In this document: positions 1 through 8,838 of the stretch, piece after piece | Layout of the letters: each line of letters opens with the position of its first letter | Numbering within the stretch: position 1 is the stretch's first letter | Origin: Haloimpatiens sp. FM7330 | GTDB lineage: Bacteria; Bacillota; Clostridia; Clostridiales; Clostridiaceae | Length of the DNA stretch: 32,000 nucleotides | Reading direction: 5' to 3' | Assembly: GCF_042688525.2 (NCBI RefSeq) | Contig: NZ_JBHWAB010000001.1 | Span: forward strand, 3,729,278 to 3,761,277 | The notes under the pieces: generated by a model | What the model saw: only the letters and a program-made list of their open reading frames with translations | Databases searched by the model: none | What the model was told of the DNA's origin: nothing | Program-made: the position numbers and the translations under genes

Positions 1-493
1 GATGTCTTAATATACCTTCTGGGGCAAACATAGAATTTTGAAATTCTACTCCTATAGGAAGTGTAGTTGGTTTTCCATAACAACAACCCGCTAAAAAACA
101 TCCTATTCTTCCAAATCCTTGTGCTAGAGGTATTGATGGAATAACTAAATCAAATACATCAAGTGTATTCCATTTCTTCTTTTTTGAATATAAATAAACT
201 GCTAAAGCACCACCTAAAATTCCACCATATATAACAAATCCATATTGTATATTCTTAAGGATTTCAGGATTGATTACTATATTTTTCAATTCAGTAATTA
301 TAAATAATAATTTTCCTCCTAGCACACCACTTACAATAGCTATTATAGCCATATTAGTTATACTATCATCATCATATTCTCTTTGCTTAATTCTATAATT
401 TAAAAGAATAAGTGCTGCCGCTACTCCGATAGCTATCATAGTACCATATCCGTAGACTTTAATACCAAATATTTCGAACAATACGGGTCTCAT
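1..493 (-). CDS. lgt: prolipoprotein diacylglyceryl transferase family protein, N-terminal ~164 codons (gene continues past window start)
   Basis: Absent from the ORF track because it runs off the window. Minus-strand ATG at 493..491 is preceded by AGGAGG (complement of 501..506). My translation MRPVLFEIFGIKVYGYGTMIAIGVAAALILL...PLAQGFGRIGCFLAGCCYGKPT is multi-TM and resembles the Lgt-family conserved G-R-x-G region. Confidence 0.6.
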   Translation of the reverse strand, partial: MRPVLFEIFGIKVYGYGTMIAIGVAAALILLNYRIKQREYDDDSITNMAIIAIVSGVLGGKLLFIITELKNIVINPEILKNIQYGFVIYGGILGGALAVYLYSKKKKWNTLDVFDLVIPSIPLAQGFGRIGCFLAGCCYGKPTTLPIGVEFQNSMFAPEGILRH

Positions 494-509
494 TATATTA
501 CCTCCTGTC

Positions 510-541
510 AAATAAATAAAGAGAAGTTTTACCTTCTCTTT
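510..541 (-). terminator. rho-independent terminator after the 195-aa gene
   Basis: Minus-strand RNA AAAGAGAAGG-UAAAA-CUUCUCUUU followed by AUUUAUUU. It lies between the stop at 592 and the lgt RBS. Confidence 0.6.
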
Positions 542-591
542 AAAATAAATTATAATACTATAATTGTTTTTAAGCAATTTTTTTATGAATT

Positions 592-1179
592 TTATATAAT
601 TTTTAGAGTATTAACTATAGTTTGAAAAATTGTAGGCATATTTTCTTTAAAATTCTCTTTTCGTACAAAAAAGGAAAATCTCAAAAATCCTTCTTCTCTT
701 TTTATAAAATATTCATAAGAATTATAAGTATAATTTTTACCATCAACTAATGAATAAGTTACTAAATATCCTTTTTCATTATTTACATTGAATTGTTCAA
801 TTTTATAATCGTTTATTACATTTTGTTCTAATGCTATTTGTTTACTATCCTCTAAAAACTTTTTTAAGCTCTTATTAATATTCCATACCTGAACAAAACC
901 ATAAATATTATTATCTTTAGAAGCGAACTCATTGTGATATATAATCTCCTTACCTTGAAACTGTCTCTTTTTAGTTTTCCATTCTTCTGGAAGCTTGTAA
1001 GTATATTTATTATCTAAAATAGAATATTCTTTTAAAGAATTTATATTACTGTGCATAAGAGCTGCAAATTTTAATCTATGATCAAAATTTTTTTCAAAAA
1101 CAATTAGCATAAGCATAAGACCTATTATAATAAGTGTAACCCCAATTTTTTTACCATTTAAAGTTATGATTTTTATCAT
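592..1179 (-). CDS. hypothetical membrane-anchored protein (single N-terminal TM, extracytoplasmic alpha/beta domain)
   Basis: 195-aa ORF with GGGAGGA RBS upstream of the ATG at 1179. Hydrophobic segment VTLIIIGLMLMLIVF. I recognise no family motif. Confidence 0.6.
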   Translation of the reverse strand: MIKIITLNGKKIGVTLIIIGLMLMLIVFEKNFDHRLKFAALMHSNINSLKEYSILDNKYTYKLPEEWKTKKRQFQGKEIIYHNEFASKDNNIYGFVQVWNINKSLKKFLEDSKQIALEQNVINDYKIEQFNVNNEKGYLVTYSLVDGKNYTYNSYEYFIKREEGFLRFSFFVRKENFKENMPTIFQTIVNTLKII

Positions 1180-1239
1180 TTATTTCCTCCCATATAGTTC
1201 AACTCTCTTTAACACTATATGAATTAGAAATATAAAATA

Positions 1240-2715
1240 TTACTTTTTCTTCTTAACTGGAATGAGTATATTAGATGTTTTAAAATCATAAAACATCAAC
1301 CAATATCCCTCTGACTCACAATTTTTTCTATTATGCATCCATGTTACAAATCCAGTTCTACCTGCATATGGTTGATATTTTGTAGATTTTCTTCCAGGAA
1401 TTGCATAGACAATATATTTTATCTTTCCTTTTTTATCATATTTGTAGCCAACTAAATAGTGATTATATTTTTTTATATAAGGATAATAACAAATCATAGG
1501 ATAATATATAACTACATATTTATCATAGTCAGACATATCACACATATCTTCTACACTTTTTATAGGTACTTTATACCATTTACAGTTTTTAATTTTACTA
1601 AATACATTAGTTACCTCTTCAAAGTCTTCTGTTAAATCCTCAAAAAATTCACCTGTTGGTCCTTTTTTACAACCACAGCATCTATTGTCTTTATTGCAAT
1701 TTTGTTTATAATATACTTCATTCATAAAATCATTTGATTTTCTATATGGACTATCTATATTATTTTCTTCATCACTTACTTTATTATATTTTTCCTCTTT
1801 TTTCTTTTCTATTTCTTTCTCTTCATCCCCTAAATTACTTTTTTCATTTACAGAACCTTTCTCTTCATCCACCTTTTCAACTTCTTCATTTCTATAATCT
1901 TTTTCACTTATTATTACTTTCTTTTCTTCATCTACTGTTTCATTATCTAATTCTTCTACCTGTACATCTTCTTTATTTTCTTTATCTACTTCATCTTTAT
2001 CTACTTCTATGCTTTTTACTTCTTTTCTTACTTTTTCACTTTGTATTTCTTCTTTATTTTCTTTACCTACTTCCTCTTTATCTACTTTTATGCTTTTTAC
2101 TTCTTTTCTTACTTTTTCACTTTGTATTTCTTCTTTTATTTTGTGATCATTTTCTTTATTTGTCTCTTCTGCTGATTCTTCAATTTGTTTTTCTTTATTT
2201 TTCTTTGTATCTTCTATTGATTTTTCATACTGTTCGAATATATTATCCTTTTCTTCTCTCTTATTATCACTATCAATCACTACATATCGTTTCCAATCAT
2301 TTGGAATATCCGTAGTAGTAAATCCGCTCATTACAGATATTATGTTAGAATCGATTTTTTTAGCTACTGCTGCTCCTATAATTTTATCGACGGATATGTT
2401 TGAATTAGCTATATTTGTTACATCATACTCATAACTCACATCACTTCTTCCATGTTCATCTAAATTTAAATTGCCTATGTTAATTAATTTATTAGTACCT
2501 TTCTTTCCACATATAAGTATCATACAGTATTTATGTGATTGAGCTTTTAAATTTTGTACATAATAAGAAACTTTACACTTAGAATTTTTTATTTCTATTT
2601 TAGCATAACCGGTAGGTGCTTTTCCTGCTGCTAACCCGTAACCTCTTTCATCTTCTTGTAATATTATAAAGTATCTACTATAACTTTTCTTTGAAGTCAA
2701 AACTAGTCCCTCCAT
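1240..2715 (-). CDS. hypothetical two-domain protein with an acidic Lys/Glu repeat linker and a Cys/Tyr-rich C-terminal domain
   Basis: 491-aa ORF. The ATG at 2715 has no SD. The in-frame TTG at 2700 lies 6 nt after GGAGGGA and is the more likely start. The central region holds 27-aa tandem repeats EEIQSEKVRKEVKSI(K/E)VDK(E/D)EV(G/D)KENK. Confidence 0.7.
   Translation of the reverse strand: MEGLVLTSKKSYSRYFIILQEDERGYGLAAGKAPTGYAKIEIKNSKCKVSYYVQNLKAQSHKYCMILICGKKGTNKLINIGNLNLDEHGRSDVSYEYDVTNIANSNISVDKIIGAAVAKKIDSNIISVMSGFTTTDIPNDWKRYVVIDSDNKREEKDNIFEQYEKSIEDTKKNKEKQIEESAEETNKENDHKIKEEIQSEKVRKEVKSIKVDKEEVGKENKEEIQSEKVRKEVKSIEVDKDEVDKENKEDVQVEELDNETVDEEKKVIISEKDYRNEEVEKVDEEKGSVNEKSNLGDEEKEIEKKKEEKYNKVSDEENNIDSPYRKSNDFMNEVYYKQNCNKDNRCCGCKKGPTGEFFEDLTEDFEEVTNVFSKIKNCKWYKVPIKSVEDMCDMSDYDKYVVIYYPMICYYPYIKKYNHYLVGYKYDKKGKIKYIVYAIPGRKSTKYQPYAGRTGFVTWMHNRKNCESEGYWLMFYDFKTSNILIPVKKKK
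1971..2132. repeat. 81-bp tandem repeat, 2 copies plus a partial third, inside the 491-aa CDS
   Basis: Units at 1971..2051 and 2052..2132 are near-identical (ctttattttctttaYctacttcMtctttatctactt...cactttgtatttctt). The period is a multiple of 3, so the repeat is in frame. Confidence 0.85.
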
Positions 2716-2747
2716 TAATATTATTCAATATAATATATGAGGGACTA
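2704..2747 (-). promoter_or_regulatory. hairpin pairing an anti-SD (UCCCUC) with the SD of the 491-aa gene; may also act as a weak rsmA terminator
   Basis: 9-bp perfect stem TAGTCCCTC (2704..2712) / GAGGGACTA (2739..2747) with a 26-nt AU loop. The 3' arm on the mRNA contains GGAGGGA and is followed by GUUUUG. Confidence 0.35.
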
Positions 2748-2775
2748 TGCAAAAAGTGAACTTTATAATAAAATT

Positions 2776-3612
2776 TTATTTTATTTTACATATATGATTA
2801 CATAAATTTGCAAATTCTTCTATAGATAATGTTTCTCCTCTTCGTTTAGGATCTATATTAGCATTGTTTAAAGCCTGTTGTAATTTATCTTTTTCTATTC
2901 CTAAATTTTTAAGTGCATTCCATAAAGTTTTTCTTCTCATATTAAATGCATCTCTTATTATTCTAAAAAATAATTTTTCATCATCTACATCTACTTTTGG
3001 TTTTTCTTGCCTATCTAACCTTATAATTATAGACTCTACTTTAGGTCTAGGTACAAAACAAGCTGGTGAAACTTTTCTTATAATTTTAGTATTGCAATAA
3101 TATTGTATAAGCAATGTTAATGCACCATAATCCTTAGAATTTGGTTTTGCATTCATTCTTTGAGCTACTTCTTTTTGTATCATTATAGTTAATGATTTGA
3201 ATTTATGCCTTCCGTTTAATAAATTAGATATTATAGGTGTAGTAACATAATATGGTAAATTAGCTACTACTTTTACATTTTGCTCATTTCCTATAAGTTC
3301 TTTATAATCTACTTTTAGTGCATCATTATGTATTAATTGAAAATTATCATATTCTTCAAGTTCTTTTTCTAAAATAGGTATTAATTTTGAATCAATTTCT
3401 ATTGAGCATACTTTTTTTGCTCTTCTCAATAATTCTTTTGTAAGTGTCCCAACCCCAGGACCAATTTCTATAACAAAATCGTCTTTACAAACTTCTGATC
3501 CTTCTATAATATCAATAATTACATTATTATCAATTAAAAAGTTTTGTCCTAAACTTTTAGTAAACTTAAAACCATACTTTTCTACTACTTCTTTTGTATT
3601 TAAATTACCCAT
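2776..3612 (-). CDS. rsmA: 16S rRNA (adenine1518/1519-N6)-dimethyltransferase RsmA/KsgA
   Basis: [11 protein letters not shown] motif [12 protein letters not shown], and [10 protein letters not shown]. The length (278 aa) and its position after rnmV fit. Confidence 0.95.
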   Translation of the reverse strand: MGNLNTKEVVEKYGFKFTKSLGQNFLIDNNVIIDIIEGSEVCKDDFVIEIGPGVGTLTKELLRRAKKVCSIEIDSKLIPILEKELEEYDNFQLIHNDALKVDYKELIGNEQNVKVVANLPYYVTTPIISNLLNGRHKFKSLTIMIQKEVAQRMNAKPNSKDYGALTLLIQYYCNTKIIRKVSPACFVPRPKVESIIIRLDRQEKPKVDVDDEKLFFRIIRDAFNMRRKTLWNALKNLGIEKDKLQQALNNANIDPKRRGETLSIEEFANLCNHICKIK

Positions 3613-4156
3613 GATTCATCTCCTTATTTATTTTATCAATAGCTTTAACAAATTCTTCTTTAGTTATTCCAAAATTATTGAGTCTCGCTATAAATTGTGC
3701 TGCATTGCAGTATCCTACTCCAAGTTCTTTTCCTAATCTATCTCTTCTTTCCTTTGAATCTTTATGTCCACATAATTTAAAATAAAACATATCCTGCATT
3801 GTGTATACTTCTCTTTTTTCTTTCACTTCATATTTCGCCTTTTTCAATGCTCTTATAATACTCTCAGGCGATGCATTTTCAACACCTATATCACCATCTT
3901 TTATACCTTCCTTTTGAGAAATATATGCATGTTTTATACCTTTAACTCTTTTAGATATTATTTTTCTTATTTTTTCTCCTGCGAAATCTGGATCTGTTAA
4001 TACTATAACACCTTGTCTTTTCTGCGCTTCTTTTATCTTATCTATAACTTTTTTATTTATTCCAAAACCACCAACAGCAATCATCTCTGCATCTACTGCT
4101 CTTTTTACCGCTGTAATATCATCTCTTCCTTCAACCACAATTACTTCTTTTATCAT
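3605..4156 (-). CDS. rnmV: ribonuclease M5 (Toprim domain)
   Basis: VIVVEGRDD...[13 protein letters not shown] Toprim signature. 183 aa, overlapping the rsmA start by 8 nt. Confidence 0.9.
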   Translation of the reverse strand: MIKEVIVVEGRDDITAVKRAVDAEMIAVGGFGINKKVIDKIKEAQKRQGVIVLTDPDFAGEKIRKIISKRVKGIKHAYISQKEGIKDGDIGVENASPESIIRALKKAKYEVKEKREVYTMQDMFYFKLCGHKDSKERRDRLGKELGVGYCNAAQFIARLNNFGITKEEFVKAIDKINKEMNHG

Positions 4157-4258
4157 TTAAATTCCTCCAAACATATTATGTCCTAAATAACATTTTCTTT
4201 CTTTTTTTATTGTATGTCAATATTTCAAGTAAATTTCTCAACTATATTTATTTTCATT

Positions 4259-4330
4259 TCAACTTTCGCAATAGAAAATACTGTATAGAGTAAGAAACAT
4301 TTAATATCAATTAATAATTAATGTTGAGTT
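4259..4330. repeat. degenerate/deleted copy of the palindromic element found at 12524..12671
   Basis: tcaactttcgcaatagaaaatactg...gtaagaaacattta...aatgttgagtt matches the reverse complement of 12524..12671 (tcaactttggcagtaaaaaaatactg...gtaagaaacatttga...aaagttgagt). Confidence 0.55.
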
Positions 4331-4340
4331 TTTATCAAAT

Positions 4341-4366
4341 AAAAAATGGAGCCTTTTAGCTCCATT
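4341..4366 (-). terminator. rho-independent terminator of yabE-like gene
   Basis: Minus-strand AAUGGAGC-UAAAAG-GCUCCAUU followed by UUUUUAUUU, 7 nt after the stop. Confidence 0.8.
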
Positions 4367-4372
4367 TAATCT

Positions 4373-5413
4373 CTATTTTAAGACATAAATATTAACCCAT
4401 TTTACGCCCCAATTTCTAGCTTGAGATTCACTATTTAAGTATACATCTATTTTACTTCCCTTTATAGCTCCTCCAACATCCTCTGCTATAGCTAGACCAT
4501 AGCCTTCTACATAAACCTTTGTTCCTAAAGGTATAACTCTTGGATCTACTGCTATAGTACTATATCCTCTTGAATTTCTTTTAGCCTTTGTTCCTGTAGC
4601 AGTTATTCCAAACCCTGGACTTCCAGGATATTTTCCTGTACATGCTAAACTAGATGTATATGCTGTAGCTTTAACTTTAAGCGACCTTTTGTAATTATAT
4701 GAACCTCCACGAGATGGTCTTATAACTCCAAGTGTACCTATTGCTACTATCTGTGAAACTGGTTTTTTAGTAACAGACTCACTTACAACTTTTCTTGATA
4801 CTTCTTTTCCATCTTGATAAGTTACTTTTGTAGCAATAACCTTTTGACCTTTTGCACCATTTTGTATTACTTTTCTTTTATTTTTTTCTAAAGTATCATC
4901 TTTTTTCATTACTGTAGAAAATTCTACTGGTTTAGCTTCTTTTAAAACCTTATACTCTACTCTTGCTATAGAAACTAACAAATCTTCATTTATCTTTTCT
5001 GTATTAGATGGATTTACTTTATCATCTTTATCAATTTTTATGCCTTCTGCTTTTAACATATCACCTATATTGTTTTCAGCAGTTTTTATATTTAAAATTT
5101 TTCCATCTACTTTTACTTTTATATCTATAGCTTTCTTTATATATATCTTGTCCCCGTCTTTAACTTTAGTGTCTAGTTTTTTACTTATTTTATCCTTTTT
5201 TCCTATACATATATCATTTTTCTTTAGTATATTATCTAATTGACTTCTATAAGTAACTATTTTTTTCTCCTTACCGTCAATTACTACTGAAACTGTCTTT
5301 TTCATGTTTACAATCCCCATAAGCAATGCTAACAATATCAGGACCGCAATAACCAGAGCCATTGGACCTTTTGAAAAACACCTACTAATAAGATCCTCCG
5401 CTTTTTGTTTCAT
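4373..5413 (-). CDS. yabE: YabE-like cell-wall protein (N-terminal TM, DUF348 repeats, G5 domain, C-terminal 3D/RlpA-like domain)
   Basis: The C-terminus KATAYTS...CTGK...GITATGTKA...STIAVDPRVIPLGTKVYVEGYG...AEDVGGAIKG.KIDVY is the 3D-domain signature. Synteny with tatD and rnmV agrees. Confidence 0.85.
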   Translation of the reverse strand: MKQKAEDLISRCFSKGPMALVIAVLILLALLMGIVNMKKTVSVVIDGKEKKIVTYRSQLDNILKKNDICIGKKDKISKKLDTKVKDGDKIYIKKAIDIKVKVDGKILNIKTAENNIGDMLKAEGIKIDKDDKVNPSNTEKINEDLLVSIARVEYKVLKEAKPVEFSTVMKKDDTLEKNKRKVIQNGAKGQKVIATKVTYQDGKEVSRKVVSESVTKKPVSQIVAIGTLGVIRPSRGGSYNYKRSLKVKATAYTSSLACTGKYPGSPGFGITATGTKAKRNSRGYSTIAVDPRVIPLGTKVYVEGYGLAIAEDVGGAIKGSKIDVYLNSESQARNWGVKWVNIYVLK

Positions 5414-5448
5414 AGTAAATTACCTCCCTTTAGGCATAAACAAAAAGT

Positions 5449-5477
5449 ATTATATAGACTTTTAATCAAATTGTCAA
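5449..5477 (-). promoter_or_regulatory. sigma-A type promoter for yabE-like gene
   Basis: Minus strand TTGACA (5477..5472), 17-nt spacer, TATAAT (5454..5449), about 35 nt upstream of the ATG. Confidence 0.7.
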
Positions 5478-5617
5478 ATTTTTATGTCTTTTGTCATTAG
5501 GTCAAAATGCATAATATGCATAATATATTTAAAATGATTATAAAATATAATCATTCAACCCGCCATTAGGGATATATTGAAATATTTGGTATTATTATTT
5601 ACTTTTTTATAATAGAA

Positions 5618-6379
5618 TTAAATGTGAAATAGTTTTTTGGTATTTTTAATAGTAGCCTCTTCTAAAGTTTTAAGTGGTATATCTCTAATTTTTGATATCT
5701 TTTCTAGTATGTATTTTATATAATCAGACCTATTACATTTTCCTCTATTAGGAACTGGAGCCATATATGGACAATCCGTTTCTACAAGTAATCTATCTAA
5801 TGGAACTTCTTTTGCTACCTGTACTACTTTTTTAGCATTTTTAAATGTAACCACACCTGTAAATCCTATATAATATCCTAATTTTAAACATTCTCGTGCA
5901 AATTCAATACTGCCTGAAAAACAATGAATTACTCCTTTTACATTTGGATACTCTTTGATTATTTCTAAAGTATCTCCATGTGCATCTCTGTCATGAATAA
6001 TTACTGGCATATTTAATTTAGCTGCTAATTCCATTTGTTTTCTAAATGCTTGCTTTTGGATTTCTCTTTCTGGATTTTCATCACCATAATAATCTAATCC
6101 TATTTCCCCTATAGCTTTAACCTTTTCATATTTAGAAAGTTCTTTAAGTTCCTTTAATATCTCTTTATTAACTTCATTTGCATATTCTGGATGTATTCCT
6201 ACCGCTGCATAAAAGAAATCATACTTACTTGCAAGTTCTACAGAGTCTCTTGATCCTTGTACCGAGGCTCCACAATTTATTACTCCAATAACTCCATTTT
6301 CCTTTAGTTCCCTTATTACTTGTTCTCTATTATTTTGAAAAGCTTCATCATCATAATGAGCATGTGAATCAAAAATCAT
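5618..6379 (-). CDS. tatD: TatD-family metal-dependent hydrolase/DNase (YabD)
   Basis: MIFDSHAHYDD..., GEIGLDY, and the HCFSG and ETDCPY motifs. I place the start at ATG 6379, which follows GGGAGGATAAGT, not at the track start 6409. Confidence 0.9.
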   Translation of the reverse strand: MIFDSHAHYDDEAFQNNREQVIRELKENGVIGVINCGASVQGSRDSVELASKYDFFYAAVGIHPEYANEVNKEILKELKELSKYEKVKAIGEIGLDYYGDENPEREIQKQAFRKQMELAAKLNMPVIIHDRDAHGDTLEIIKEYPNVKGVIHCFSGSIEFARECLKLGYYIGFTGVVTFKNAKKVVQVAKEVPLDRLLVETDCPYMAPVPNRGKCNRSDYIKYILEKISKIRDIPLKTLEEATIKNTKKLFHI

Positions 6380-6483
6380 ACTTATCCTCCCTTGTGTGAA
6401 CAATGCCAAATAATCTATTTTAAATTATTACAACATATTACTATTAATATAAAATTTTATATTTTATTATACGATTCAATTTA

Positions 6484-7596
6484 TTATTTAATTACTACTA
6501 ATTCATAATTTTTATTTCCAAGTCCAATTTTTTCAGCATGTTCAATGCCACACTTCCAATTAGTATTTATATATAAACTATTAAATTTATCGTCACATTC
6601 ATGAATATGTTTTTCATCTAATTCACAGCCTTTAGCAATTGGAGTTTTATTTACTAAATCTACTGAAGCCATATCTAATGCAACCGGATCAAAAGACGCT
6701 GCTATCCCTATGTCAGGGACAATAGGAACATCATTGTATGCCCAACAATCACAATTTGGTGATACATTCATTATAAAGTTTATGTGAAAATTAGGCTTAT
6801 TGTTAACTACAGCATAAGCATATTCAGCTATCTTCTCATTAGCAATATCAGCTGCTTCATCCCATTTTACTAATGATGCATCATGTCTACATACAGCTAC
6901 ACATTGACCACATCCAATACATTTATCATAATCTATGTCTGCTTTTTTATTTTCATCAAAACTTATAGCATTTACTGGACAATGACTTATACATTGACCA
7001 CAAGAAACACAATTTACTTTTTTTATCCAAGGTTTAGATGCAGAATGCATTTCCATCTTTCCACCACGTGATCCGCATCCCATACCTAAATTTTTAAGTG
7101 CTCCTCCAAAACCAGTCATATCATGTCCTTTAAAATGATTCATAGATATTACTATGTCTGCATCTGCAATAGCTGTTCCTATCTTAGCCTTACTACAATG
7201 CTTCTTGTTTATTTCTATTTCTCTATAACTTGTTCCTTTGATTCCATCTGCAATTACTATATGACATCCTACAGTTAAAGGATTAAATCCATGCTGATAC
7301 GCTGTTTGCAAATGATCTAATGCATTAGCTCTTTTTCCTGAATATAAAGTATTTGCATCAGTCAAAAATGGTCTACCACCTAATTCTTTTATAAGATTTA
7401 CAACTTGAGCTGCATAATTAGGTCTTATATAAGCTAAATTTCCTGGTTCACCAAAATGTATTTTTATTGCAGTAAATTTATCTTTAAAATCTATCTTTTT
7501 TATACCTGACTGTATCAATAAACTATTAAATTTATGAATCAAATTTCTACCTGGTTTAGTTCTTAGATTCATAAAATATACTTTAGATTTTGACAT
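6484..7596 (-). CDS. DUF362 domain protein with 2x[4Fe-4S] ferredoxin insert
   Basis: CVSCGQCISHCP and CIGCGQCVAVC cluster motifs sit within a DUF362-like scaffold. GAGGGGG RBS. Confidence 0.75.
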   Translation of the reverse strand: MSKSKVYFMNLRTKPGRNLIHKFNSLLIQSGIKKIDFKDKFTAIKIHFGEPGNLAYIRPNYAAQVVNLIKELGGRPFLTDANTLYSGKRANALDHLQTAYQHGFNPLTVGCHIVIADGIKGTSYREIEINKKHCSKAKIGTAIADADIVISMNHFKGHDMTGFGGALKNLGMGCGSRGGKMEMHSASKPWIKKVNCVSCGQCISHCPVNAISFDENKKADIDYDKCIGCGQCVAVCRHDASLVKWDEAADIANEKIAEYAYAVVNNKPNFHINFIMNVSPNCDCWAYNDVPIVPDIGIAASFDPVALDMASVDLVNKTPIAKGCELDEKHIHECDDKFNSLYINTNWKCGIEHAEKIGLGNKNYELVVIK

Positions 7597-7644
7597 ATAT
7601 ATTCCCCCTCACTTAGTATTACGTACTCACATACTATCTAAATT

Positions 7645-8742
7645 TTACATTAAACTTTCTTTATATATCTTAAAAATATCTTCTCTGTTTACCTTGTATG
7701 GATGATTTTTAAGTTTACCTTTATTATTTATCATACTATTTGTATATTCATTTATTTCATCTTCACTAACAAAATTCTCTTTACCTAAAATTTCATTTAA
7801 AAGTTCACCTAATTCATCAGTATTATTCATCCTTATACATTCTAATATACTCTCAACTTTCTTCTTGTCCTCACAAAATTCTAAATAAGCTTTTAATAAA
7901 AGCCCATTAGCTTTTCCATGTGGAATTCCATGAAAATACGTTAGGGGATAGCCCATTCCATGAGGAAGTGATGTACCTGATTGTGCTATAACCATACCAG
8001 CTAATGTAGATATTAAAAGTAATTTTTTACGAACTTCGTAAGTAAAATTATTTTCTTTGATATATGGTATACATTCACCAAATAATCTCATTCCCTTTTC
8101 TGCAGCAGCATCACTGAGAATATTTGCTTTAGAAGATAAATATCCTTCCACTAGGTGAGATAACGCATCTACACATGTGTTTACCGTAACATTATATGGA
8201 GTGTGCATTAAATATTTTGCGTCTAAAAATGCTATTTTAGGAAAAACTCTATGCATGAAATTTTTCTTAGTTTTAATTTTATGATTAGTAAAAATAGCAT
8301 ATGGAGTAACTTCCGACCCTGTTCCTGCTGTAGTAGGTACAGCTATTATTGGAATAGAGTCTAACTTTGGTTCATTATATAAATCTTCTACATTAGCATT
8401 TTTATTTTTTAGTAATACTCCTATTCCTTTTGACGAATCTAAAGGAGATCCCCCTCCAATTCCTATTATAAAATCTACATTTTCCTCTCTGCCTATTTGG
8501 GCTGCTTCATCAATCATTTCTAAAGATGGATTTTCCTCTACATTATCAAAAATACAATATTCAATGTTATTTTTTTTCAAAGCATTTACAACATCATTTA
8601 ATGAACCATTTTTCTTAGAAGAACTTTTACCAGTTACTATAAAAGCTTTTTTTCCAAATTTCTTAAATAACTCTGCTTCTTTTATTATAATGTCTTTACC
8701 ATATAAAACTTTAGTAGACATAAGATATTGAAAATCATTCAT
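7645..8742 (-). CDS. iron-containing (group III) alcohol dehydrogenase
   Basis: GIGGGSPLDSSK nucleotide motif and the metal-His region LSHLVEG...LPHGMG. The start is moved to ATG 8742, 8 nt after AGGAG. The track start 8751 is a GTG abutting the SD. Confidence 0.85.
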   Translation of the reverse strand: MNDFQYLMSTKVLYGKDIIIKEAELFKKFGKKAFIVTGKSSSKKNGSLNDVVNALKKNNIEYCIFDNVEENPSLEMIDEAAQIGREENVDFIIGIGGGSPLDSSKGIGVLLKNKNANVEDLYNEPKLDSIPIIAVPTTAGTGSEVTPYAIFTNHKIKTKKNFMHRVFPKIAFLDAKYLMHTPYNVTVNTCVDALSHLVEGYLSSKANILSDAAAEKGMRLFGECIPYIKENNFTYEVRKKLLLISTLAGMVIAQSGTSLPHGMGYPLTYFHGIPHGKANGLLLKAYLEFCEDKKKVESILECIRMNNTDELGELLNEILGKENFVSEDEINEYTNSMINNKGKLKNHPYKVNREDIFKIYKESLM

Positions 8743-8838
8743 TTTCATCACTCCTATTCTATAGTTTTAGTAAACAATGAACTATACTTATATTATGTAT
8801 CAAAATACTAAAATTTTAAATATCTTTCAACAAAGAAC

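Noticed and set aside
1971-2142. Possible CRISPR-like or satellite repeat
   Set aside because: There are only two and a bit adjacent 81-bp units with no spacers. They are in frame within a long ORF, so this is a coding tandem repeat and not a CRISPR array.
1734-2315. 193-aa plus-strand ORF rich in L, F, Y and H
   Set aside because: It is the antisense shadow of the K/E-rich repeat region of the 491-aa gene. It has no RBS, is low complexity, and contains the mirrored tandem repeat.
4157-4258. rnmV-rsmA promoter (TTGACA at 4220..4215)
   Set aside because: The -35 is perfect, but the hexamer 17 nt downstream is GAAAAT, and the alternative CATAAT has no -35. The evidence is too ambiguous to list as a feature.
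5414-5617. Possible c-di-AMP (ydaO-type) or other riboswitch upstream of the yabE-like cell-wall gene
   Set aside because: The best promoter (TTGACA-17-TATAAT) leaves a leader of only ~35 nt, and I saw no conserved riboswitch core. The 10-3-10 palindrome AATGATTATA-AAA-TATAATCATT (5533..5555) lies upstream of the promoter. It is more simply a weak tatD terminator or a chance AT palindrome.
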